From positions 9,592 through 73,591 of the forward strand of contig JAYEPB010000078.1 of NCBI GenBank assembly GCA_034723595.1: a stretch of 64,000 bases of DNA. Direction: 5' to 3'. The stretch is from Nanobdellota archaeon (lineage in GTDB: Archaea > Nanobdellota > Nanobdellia > Woesearchaeales > JAGLGH01). The notes under the pieces are model-generated. The model did no database searches. It was not told the DNA's origin and was given only the letters and a program-made list of their open reading frames with translations. Positions 38,328 through 45,930 of this stretch are shown here, one piece after another (positions within the stretch are counted from its first letter, which is position 1; every line of letters begins with the position of its first letter). The position numbers and the translations under genes were made by a program.

Positions 38328-39071
38328 ATGTCAGAACAGGATTTCACAAAGATTGGAAGAGAATATGATCAGATTTATAGGGCAAAGATGAGTGATTTAG
38401 AAGCAATCACATTAGATGTGCTTGAGACTTTGAAACCAGATAAAAAAGTTAAAGTATGCGATGTTGGCGCAGGTACAGGGTTAGTTGCAGACTTATTAAA
38501 ACAAGCAGGGTGGAATTTTGATTATTTAGGTATAGAACCATCTGCGCTTTATGAGCAGCTTAAAGATAGAGTTGGAATTGAAAAATCATTAAGAGATACT
38601 TCTGATTTACTAAAATCATTTAATGGATCATTTGATGCAGTTATTTACTCAAAATCGCTTCATGAAATATTAATCAGCAAATTACTTGCCCATTATAAGT
38701 TGGAATCTAATAAAGATTTGCATGATTTATACTTGCAAGAATCAGATAGTTATCAATCAAGAAAACAATTAGCACTAAGAGAGGTTTTGGAAGATTCATT
38801 TAATTCTCTAAGACCCACTGGATTTGTAGTTGTTTCAGATATGGAATATCCAGATTATTTAAGCAAAATAACAATCTCTGAAAGTGTCAAATATGTTTAT
38901 CAAACATTCAAACATCTTAATTATAGGGAACAAACATTGCCAATAATTGAAATTGAAACAGCAATAGAAACTACTCCCTGGAGAATTATTGATAGAAGAG
39001 AGACTGCTAAAAGAAAAGATCCAAATATCAAAACTAAAGTTTATAGTCTGGCAATTCAGAAAGTGATGTAA
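38328..39071 (+). CDS. class I SAM-dependent methyltransferase
   Basis: Motif I VCDVGAGTGLVADLL and a downstream acidic residue. Confidence 0.55.
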   Translation: MSEQDFTKIGREYDQIYRAKMSDLEAITLDVLETLKPDKKVKVCDVGAGTGLVADLLKQAGWNFDYLGIEPSALYEQLKDRVGIEKSLRDTSDLLKSFNGSFDAVIYSKSLHEILISKLLAHYKLESNKDLHDLYLQESDSYQSRKQLALREVLEDSFNSLRPTGFVVVSDMEYPDYLSKITISESVKYVYQTFKHLNYREQTLPIIEIETAIETTPWRIIDRRETAKRKDPNIKTKVYSLAIQKVM

Positions 39072-39072
39072 A

Positions 39073-39684
39073 ATGCTTCAAGATCATCTGGCTAAAAAAC
39101 AACTTGAAGTTATTGATGAGAAATTTGTTGAATGGACTGCTGGCGTAAGTAAAACTGATGCAAGAATTAATATTTTTAATAATCTATTAAATATTCCTTA
39201 TGGAATCAATCTTAATATACATGATGTCAGGAATTGCAGCAGAATTTTTGATGAGAAGATGGCTCATTGTATTCCAAAACATTTTATCTTAGCTCACATG
39301 TTTCAAAAACTGGGTCTAGAAGTTAAGCTAATAAGTATCCCATTTAACTGGAATTCTTTTTCAGAATATCTTCCTAAACAGATAAGAAAAAAGGCAGAGA
39401 ATTTGCCAGACTCTTTGCACTTGGCCTGTGAATGTAAAATCAATAATAGATGGATTTTAGTAGATTGTTCATTGGATTCAAAACTAAAAGCATTAGGATT
39501 TCATATTAATGATAATTGGGATGGATACTCTAATACAATCCCTGCTGTAGTGCCAAATCAGATTTTGAGACACAATACTGTAGATGAAAGACTGGAGTTG
39601 GAAAAGAGATTTTCTGCAAAAAATTGCAATAAAATACAATTCTTTAATCTTTTAAACAGATATCTGGCTCAGTTAAGACTTTAA
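39073..39684 (+). CDS. transglutaminase-like (papain-fold) domain protein, tentative
   Basis: AHCIPKHFILAHMFQKLGLEV resembles the TGase-like Cys motif (C..FA.L...LLR..G). A downstream W..VD element is present, but the His position is not clear. Confidence 0.3.
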   Translation: MLQDHLAKKQLEVIDEKFVEWTAGVSKTDARINIFNNLLNIPYGINLNIHDVRNCSRIFDEKMAHCIPKHFILAHMFQKLGLEVKLISIPFNWNSFSEYLPKQIRKKAENLPDSLHLACECKINNRWILVDCSLDSKLKALGFHINDNWDGYSNTIPAVVPNQILRHNTVDERLELEKRFSAKNCNKIQFFNLLNRYLAQLRL

Positions 39685-39756
39685 TGTTATTAGCAATATT
39701 ACTCAGAGCCAAATCTAATAGATAAATTTATATAAAAACTGAATCTAATTATAATT

Positions 39757-40077
39757 ATGATTATCAAAGGAAAAGATGCAAATCAAAAAAAAGCAGGAGT
39801 CATGAATATTAATGAATATAAAATAAATTCAGATTTTAGTGGGTCTCTTATTGAAATCAATGGAGATCATGGAGCATTAAAATGCTTAAAAGAAGATAGG
39901 ATTTATTTTATAATTGAAGGTAATGGAAAATTTGTCATTAACAATCAAGAAAGTGCTGTTTCTGCTAATGATTTAATATTCATTTCAAAGAACACTTCTT
40001 ATAATATTATAGGAAAAATGAGATATTTTTTGATTTGCTCACCTGAATTTAATCCTGATGATGATGTATTTTTTTAA
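39757..40077 (+). CDS. hypothetical protein (106 aa, beta-rich, possibly cupin-like)
   Basis: ORF only. Confidence 0.3.
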   Translation: MIIKGKDANQKKAGVMNINEYKINSDFSGSLIEINGDHGALKCLKEDRIYFIIEGNGKFVINNQESAVSANDLIFISKNTSYNIIGKMRYFLICSPEFNPDDDVFF

Positions 40078-40084
40078 TATATTT

Positions 40085-40200
40085 TATACCACCAGTCTGT
40101 GACTGGTGTAATCAAGTAGTATTAAATATGCTCAATAGGGAGTGACCCTCGGCGAAGCCGAGCATGCCACCAGTCACGGACTTTTGACAGCTTTGTTATT
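40085..40200 (+). ncRNA. GC-rich structured intergenic element (nested hairpins). Terminator and/or small structured RNA candidate.
   Basis: Seen directly: ACCAGTC-TGTG-GACTGGT hairpin right after the 40077 stop. Then GTGAC...CTCGGC-GAA-GCCGAG...CCACCAGTCAC nested helices, in a segment far more GC-rich than its surroundings. No tRNA cloverleaf could be drawn. Confidence 0.25.
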
Positions 40201-40264
40201 GCTTCACAATATTTTTTAATATTAAAATCCTTAAATTTAATAATCCCAAAAGTTTATAAATAAA

Positions 40265-40639
40265 GTGTGGTTTCCAATTAATATGGCAATTGAAAAATAC
40301 TTAGTAAAACGTGAAGTAACATTTCCTGACCATAATAATCCAACGTTTTTTGAAGCACTAATTGTAAATTCAGATAAGTCAATATTAGATTTAGGAGGTC
40401 AAGTACAGTGTGAAGTCTATTCTTCTAATACTCCTTATGAATTAGGGAAGAAGGTGGGTTCAAAAGATAAGAATCAATATCTGGGTGCATATTTTGATGA
40501 TAGGTTACCTCCTGAGTTAAAAACAGTAATGATATTTAAGGATAGGCATATTGTCAGATATTCTCCACTTGGTAATGATGTTAAACACACAGAACAATTT
40601 GATCAAGGGGTTATTGATGCATTGACTTCAGATAAATAA
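40265..40639 (+). CDS. hypothetical protein (124 aa)
   Basis: ORF only. Confidence 0.3.
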   Translation: MWFPINMAIEKYLVKREVTFPDHNNPTFFEALIVNSDKSILDLGGQVQCEVYSSNTPYELGKKVGSKDKNQYLGAYFDDRLPPELKTVMIFKDRHIVRYSPLGNDVKHTEQFDQGVIDALTSDK

Positions 40640-40837
40640 TGGTTTCTCGTATTGAAAACTTTGAAAATCTATAGGGTTTTTCAAAGACTATCTCTCTTGG
40701 GAAAATAGGAATGCAATCGATAATGAAGATGAAGAATATTTTAAGCATAGTTTATTTCCTAAATTCATGAAAGAATCTTATGGTTTAAATATTATAGAAT
40801 AGAAAAGCATTTAAAGAATGTTATTAAATCAAATTCT

Positions 40838-41815
40838 ATGGTAAATTATGAAAAACAACTTGCAAAAACAGCGCTTGACATATCAGCAGTAAAGCTTGAT
40901 CCAAATAATCCTTTCAAGTGGGCATCAGAATATTTTATGCCAATATATAATGACAACAGGATTCTTCTCGGAAGTTTTGAGAACAGAAAACTTGCTTCAG
41001 AGGCTTTGAAGGATATTGTGAAGCGCAAGAATATTGAATATGATATGGTTGCCGGAACACCGACTGCAGGCATAGCTCCAGCAGTAGGGCTTGCTTCTTT
41101 GCTTGATTGTCCGGTTGTTATTCCTGAGAATGGTAGGGTATTTTGTTTTGATGATGAGGTCAATAATTATCTTCTTGGAAGGATTGGGGATTTAGGGGAT
41201 AATTTTGATATGATAGCGAGCACATCTCCCTATGGCATTGTTCCAGGGGTCATGCTTGCAAATAAAATGGAGCTTCCTTTTATCTATGTAAGACCTAAGA
41301 AAAAAGAGCATGGCATGGGCAAGCAGATTGAAGGTGTATCCCCAAAAGACAAGAGGGTATTTCTTGTTGATTATCATATAGGCAATAATTATTTACTTCC
41401 TGCAGTAAGGGCTATACTTAAGGAAAATGGGGGATTGCATGATGTTGTAGGTATAAATGAAAATATTTCTGATATTCTCAAGCCAGTTTCTTTGAAAAAT
41501 AAGTCTGTAATAGCTGTTGAGGATGTTGTCAGTACAGGCGGAAGCTGTGTAAAGGAGATAAATAATTACAGGAAGCTTGGAGCAGATGTAAAGCATTGCT
41601 TGACTCTTTATGGTTATGGTATGAAGAAAGCTTTTGACTTATTTGAGGAAAATGGTGTTGCTTTGGATTCTGCTTATTCGTATGATGCAGTAGTTAGGGA
41701 AGCGGAAGATACAGGATATATCTCAAAGCAGGATGTGAAGCTTCTTAAGGAATGGATCAAAGACCCTTTTGGCTGGGGAGAGAAGCTTGGTTTTAAGAGG
41801 GTTGTTAAGAAATAA
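40838..41815 (+). CDS. phosphoribosyltransferase (type I PRTase, PyrE-like core) with an extra N-terminal PRTase-like half
   Basis: PRPP-binding motif VIAVEDVVSTGGS in the C-terminal half. The N-terminal half also looks PRTase-like (VFLVDYHIGNN) but is degenerate. Confidence 0.5.
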   Translation: MVNYEKQLAKTALDISAVKLDPNNPFKWASEYFMPIYNDNRILLGSFENRKLASEALKDIVKRKNIEYDMVAGTPTAGIAPAVGLASLLDCPVVIPENGRVFCFDDEVNNYLLGRIGDLGDNFDMIASTSPYGIVPGVMLANKMELPFIYVRPKKKEHGMGKQIEGVSPKDKRVFLVDYHIGNNYLLPAVRAILKENGGLHDVVGINENISDILKPVSLKNKSVIAVEDVVSTGGSCVKEINNYRKLGADVKHCLTLYGYGMKKAFDLFEENGVALDSAYSYDAVVREAEDTGYISKQDVKLLKEWIKDPFGWGEKLGFKRVVKK

Positions 41816-41904
41816 GATTGTTTTCTTTTTCTTCTTTTCTTGCGAAATATTTATATACTTCAACGCATTTGCGTATATTAACGCACAATAAAGAGGTATC
41901 AAAC

Positions 41905-42060
41905 ATGAAAAGATTTACTGTATCTATACCAAAAGAGCTTAAATACAAGTTAGATAAATTACCAGATGTTAACTGGCCAATGGTCATTAGGGATGCAATA
42001 AAGGAAAAAGTAGAAAAACTTGAAAAATTCGAAGCATTAGAAAGAAAGGGTGAATTGTAA
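41905..42060 (+). CDS. small DNA-binding antitoxin-like protein (RHH/CopG-like), antitoxin candidate 1
   Basis: MKRFTVSIPKELKYKLDKLPDVNWPMVIRDAIKEKV resembles a ribbon-helix-helix beta-strand plus helix start. The ORF track starts at an upstream TTG; the ATG at 41905 is preferred. Confidence 0.35.
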   Translation: MKRFTVSIPKELKYKLDKLPDVNWPMVIRDAIKEKVEKLEKFEALERKGEL

Positions 42061-42363
42061 ATGGTGAGCATTACTGTTCCTTTGGATGACAAGCTTTTTG
42101 TAAAATTAAAGCAATTTTCATGGGTAAACTGGTCTGAGGTTGCAAGGGAGAAATTGATGAAGCGCGAAATCTTTGATAAGTATATAAAAACAAAAAAAAT
42201 ATCTAAAGAGGATGAGAGATTTTGCGAAGAGATTGATTGGCATCCTGTTGATGAACTTCCTTTGAAAAAAGAATTTATCGAAAGACTCAAGAAGGCGCAG
42301 TCTAGACCAGATGGGAAATCAATGACTCCAGAGGAATTTAACAAGTGGTGTGAAGAGTTATGA
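42061..42363 (+). CDS. antitoxin-like protein, paralogous N-terminus to the 41905 gene
   Basis: ITVPLDDKLFVKLKQFSWVNWSEVAREKL parallels the N-terminus of the preceding gene. Overlaps the toxin gene start by 4 nt. Confidence 0.35.
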   Translation: MVSITVPLDDKLFVKLKQFSWVNWSEVAREKLMKREIFDKYIKTKKISKEDERFCEEIDWHPVDELPLKKEFIERLKKAQSRPDGKSMTPEEFNKWCEEL

Positions 42364-42623
42364 TGCTTGATATTTCAAGGCTTCGGAAGAATTTAGGAAG
42401 ACTCAAAAGCAAAAATCCATCTTTATTCAAAGCTGTTCAGAAGAAGATTAATCAAATCGCTTTTTGTGATGAAATATCTATTGAGCATTTTAAGAATCTT
42501 AAGGGGAACATAAGCGGTCTTAAGCGTGTTCATATTGGCAGCTTTGTCCTTACCTTTCAAGTCAAGAACGGAATGGTAATCTTCTATAATTTTGACCATC
42601 ATGATAGAATATATAACAAATAA
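42360..42623 (+). CDS. RelE/ParE-family type II toxin
   Basis: C-terminal KRVHIGSFVLTFQVKNGMVIFYNFDHHDRIY matches the RelE/ParE core (basic residue, hydrophobic beta-sheet, HHD). Confidence 0.5.
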   Translation: MMLDISRLRKNLGRLKSKNPSLFKAVQKKINQIAFCDEISIEHFKNLKGNISGLKRVHIGSFVLTFQVKNGMVIFYNFDHHDRIYNK

Positions 42624-42666
42624 AATCAAAAATAATCTCTAAATTAATTAAGAAAAAAATAAGAAA

Positions 42667-44196
42667 TCATTTCTTTTTTCTGATGATGAACAATCCACCC
42701 AATACAGCAATCAATCCCAATCCTAAAGTTATTGTACTGAATTCAGGGATATCAGTAGGAGATACAATCTTTGTATCATTTGCTTCCAATGTCACAAAGT
42801 TTGCTGATGAGCAGGTAACATTATATTCATGTGTTCCAGCTGCTGCAAATGATTTTGTGTAGTTATAATCAGGACTATTAAAATCCATTGTGTACCATGT
42901 TCCTTCGTCATCAAATGTGATATTGCATTCACCAGAGATAGGAGTTCCATCAGTTGAATTAATGTATTCTGCTGTGAATTCAATTGAGTCTAATGCATAT
43001 TTGATTCCTGCTTCTGCTTCTATTGTAAGGTTAGCATCTGCACCTGCTGCAAATCCTGTAAAATGAGCAACATCAACTGTTAATGTGCTTCCTTCGCATT
43101 GGATGTTTGTGCATAATGACTCTGGGCAGCGCTGATTTTCGCTAAGGATTGATGCAAATGTGCTTGCAGTCTTTGAATAGAACACATAAGGCTTATTGCA
43201 GTCAACATTATAGAATGTGAGTGTTGCTGAGTCATTGAAGGATGAGTGCAAAGCTGAGGAATTTACAAAGATAACCTTGTCTTCTATTTTTATATGCGCG
43301 TCATAATCTTCGCCATCTGAATTGATTCCATGATCCTCTGCAAACTGGATTTTGCCTTTCCCTGTTTTTGCAAGAGTCAGGTTTGTTACGTTTGTCACAT
43401 CAACTGCTGAGAAGTTGGTTGTTTCTGTGGATGTGAAGTTTGTGTAGGTTGGCTCATTTGAAGCAGCTGCTGCGCTGTAAGGAATATTTGGCGGCGTGAA
43501 GCCATCACCTTCAGGATCATACATAAGATCATTCGAATCTTCTGTTCTAGCTATACCTTTTGAAATTCTTACCTCATCAAGGTATGCTGCATGATATCTT
43601 AATAATGTTATGTATTCATTAGATGATGTCAGACTATAATCAAATATATCAGACCTCTCTTCTATGCCATCAATATACGCTTTAAGCACGCTGCTTGCTC
43701 TAACAAAAGCAACATGATGCCAGTTACCATCATTAACTCCTGGTGGTAAATTAAACTCTGTCGTATGCTCAGAACCAGCAATATAAGACCTGAATCTCAC
43801 TAGGCCATTTGAGAATGTAATACCCCAATAATCATCACCACCACCAGAATATATTATTTCTGCAAAATTTGAAGCTAGTGTGTTAATCCAAAAATCAATC
43901 GTAAAATCATCTGCCCCAAGAACATTAACACCACTCACATATCTAATCTGAATAGAATTAGCATTCAGGGCACTAGCAGTTAAAGAACTTTGGCCAAATT
44001 TAGATTTCGTAGTTGAATGTCGTGCATCTCCAGTTCCATATATGTTGATTGCAGTCTCACTAGCATCTTCAATGTTAGTGCTTCCATCTTGATGATCTGA
44101 ATGGACAAGGAGTATAGTAAACTCGTCATTACCGCCAGCCAATACAAAACTTCCCAAAAGAAGCCCCATAGCAATCATCAATATTATCTTTTTCAT
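42667..44196 (-). CDS. secreted surface glycoprotein with a LamG/ConA-like lectin head, a shared stalk module and a PEF-CTERM archaeosortase anchor
   Basis: N-terminal signal peptide. LamG-like block (IDFWINTLASNF...GNWHHVAFVRASSVLKAYIDG). Many N-x-S/T sequons. C-terminus DIPEFSTITLGLGLIAVLGGLFIIRKKK. Confidence 0.6.
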   Translation of the reverse strand: MKKIILMIAMGLLLGSFVLAGGNDEFTILLVHSDHQDGSTNIEDASETAINIYGTGDARHSTTKSKFGQSSLTASALNANSIQIRYVSGVNVLGADDFTIDFWINTLASNFAEIIYSGGGDDYWGITFSNGLVRFRSYIAGSEHTTEFNLPPGVNDGNWHHVAFVRASSVLKAYIDGIEERSDIFDYSLTSSNEYITLLRYHAAYLDEVRISKGIARTEDSNDLMYDPEGDGFTPPNIPYSAAAASNEPTYTNFTSTETTNFSAVDVTNVTNLTLAKTGKGKIQFAEDHGINSDGEDYDAHIKIEDKVIFVNSSALHSSFNDSATLTFYNVDCNKPYVFYSKTASTFASILSENQRCPESLCTNIQCEGSTLTVDVAHFTGFAAGADANLTIEAEAGIKYALDSIEFTAEYINSTDGTPISGECNITFDDEGTWYTMDFNSPDYNYTKSFAAAGTHEYNVTCSSANFVTLEANDTKIVSPTDIPEFSTITLGLGLIAVLGGLFIIRKKK

Positions 44197-45851
44197 TTCA
44201 TATCACCTTTTTTCCTTATTATGAGTAATCCAGCCAGCACAGCAACCAATCCTAATCCAAGTGTCAAAACACTAAACTCAGGAATATCAACACTGCTGAC
44301 CAGCTTTGTATCATTCGCTTCAAGAGTTACAAAGCTTGCAGATGAGCATGTTACATTGTATTCATGTGTTCCAGCTGCTGTGAATCCTGATGATTTTGTG
44401 TAATTGTATTGCGAGCCGTTGTAATCCATTGGATACTCAGCAGTCCAATTATCATCAAAGCTGATGTTGCACTCGCCTGATATTGGAGTTCCATCTGTGC
44501 TGTTGATGTACCATGCATAGAAATCAATAGGGTCGAGAGGATAGAATACTCCTGCCTCTGCTTCGATTGTGAGATTTGCATCTGTTCCTGCTGCGAATCC
44601 TGTAAAGTGCTCAACATCAACTGTCAATGTGCTATCAGTGCATTGGATGTTTGTGCATAAAGGAGCAAGACAGCGCTGATTCTCATTAAGAATTGCTGCA
44701 AATGTGCTCGCAGTCTCTGAATAGAATACATAAGGCTTATTGCAGTCAACATTATAGAATGTTAGTGTTGCAGAATTATTGAAGGTTGAATCCAAAGCTG
44801 CGCTGTTCACATATATCATTGCATTTTCTATCTTTACATTTGTGTCATAATCTTCACCCTCTGCATTGATATTATGGTCAGATGGGAATGCTATTTTTCC
44901 TTTGTCATCAATTGCTAAAGTTAGGTTTGGTACGCTGGATAGAGTGGCTGCTGAGAAGTTTGTTGTTTCTTGGGATGTGAATTCTGTGTATGTTGGATCT
45001 GAAATTGTCACAGCTTGTACGCAGCGAAAGCCGATCTTCCTGTCCGATGCCGAAGGCGCGTCGCTCAGGAGCAGAGCGAAAGCCCCGGCGTTGGCACCGG
45101 CGTCCGAGCCGCCACCCCGGAGGAAAGCATGAACATTCCCAGTTGGATTAGCAGCATTATCATCTGTATATAATCTGCCTACACCATAATCTGCATTCCA
45201 ATTGCTGTTAGATGGCCTAATCTCATCATAAGACAATAAACCATAAGTATTAATAGCTGTAAACTCTATCCATTCGCTGTCAGGGTTGCTGTCATAAGGC
45301 ATTTCTTCAGTTGTGCAGCTTGCGCCAGCGCAAACAATAGTATCATCTGTCCATTCCCAAACATTTCCTGACAAATCCCAGATAGTTCCTCCATTCGAAA
45401 GCGCAAGTTCTGCTTTTGTATCTCTACCTGTGCCAGATTCTGGATCATCCCCATCATAACCTACACTGTCAAGATTCCCCACGTTGCCCCGATATAAACC
45501 GCCGCTGCCAACTGTACTGCCAATAACTCCATCTGCCCAGTTAGCAGTTTGCTGTTCTATATTCCTTGCAATAGTCATCCATTCTGCATTAGTAATCAAA
45601 TGATAGCCAGCTCCAAGGCTTGCGCATTCAGCAATCGCATTAGTTTGCGTGATGCTCGCCCAGGGGGTGCCGTCTGCCTGTGATGTTGCATTTCCGCCAA
45701 CATTCTTTGCCTCATATTTCATAACGCAAAAGTCAGACGTACTATAAGTGGCACTGCCTGGAACTAATACCCAGTTTGCAGGGCATGAGCCTGCTGAAGC
45801 AAATGTTGAAGCCAAAACAATTGCAAATAAAATCAATATAATCTTCTTCAT
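44193..45851 (-). CDS. secreted surface glycoprotein with an FGE-sulfatase (SUMF1/DUF323)-like head, the shared stalk module and a PEF-CTERM anchor
   Basis: Signal peptide. GNVWEWT and RGGS...GFRCV motifs of the formylglycine-generating-enzyme fold. The C-terminal 270 aa are highly similar to the downstream paralog and end in DIPEFSVLTLGLGLVAVLAGLLIIRKKG. Confidence 0.6.
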   Translation of the reverse strand: MKKIILILFAIVLASTFASAGSCPANWVLVPGSATYSTSDFCVMKYEAKNVGGNATSQADGTPWASITQTNAIAECASLGAGYHLITNAEWMTIARNIEQQTANWADGVIGSTVGSGGLYRGNVGNLDSVGYDGDDPESGTGRDTKAELALSNGGTIWDLSGNVWEWTDDTIVCAGASCTTEEMPYDSNPDSEWIEFTAINTYGLLSYDEIRPSNSNWNADYGVGRLYTDDNAANPTGNVHAFLRGGGSDAGANAGAFALLLSDAPSASDRKIGFRCVQAVTISDPTYTEFTSQETTNFSAATLSSVPNLTLAIDDKGKIAFPSDHNINAEGEDYDTNVKIENAMIYVNSAALDSTFNNSATLTFYNVDCNKPYVFYSETASTFAAILNENQRCLAPLCTNIQCTDSTLTVDVEHFTGFAAGTDANLTIEAEAGVFYPLDPIDFYAWYINSTDGTPISGECNISFDDNWTAEYPMDYNGSQYNYTKSSGFTAAGTHEYNVTCSSASFVTLEANDTKLVSSVDIPEFSVLTLGLGLVAVLAGLLIIRKKGDMK

Positions 45852-45930
45852 TTTAAATCACCTTTTTTCCAATAAATAATCATAATAACTATATTCTCTA
45901 TATCAATCATATAAAAATCTTCCTAAAAAA

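Noticed and set aside
40085-40200. Considered as a tRNA or tRNA fragment because of its GC-rich stems
   Set aside because: No acceptor, D, anticodon or T arm arrangement can be drawn. Kept only as an unclassified structured element.
45010-45130. GC-rich patch considered as an inserted rRNA or foreign non-coding fragment
   Set aside because: It is in frame and encodes the conserved RGGS...GFRCV end of the FGE-like domain, so it is coding. Retained only as a compositional anomaly.
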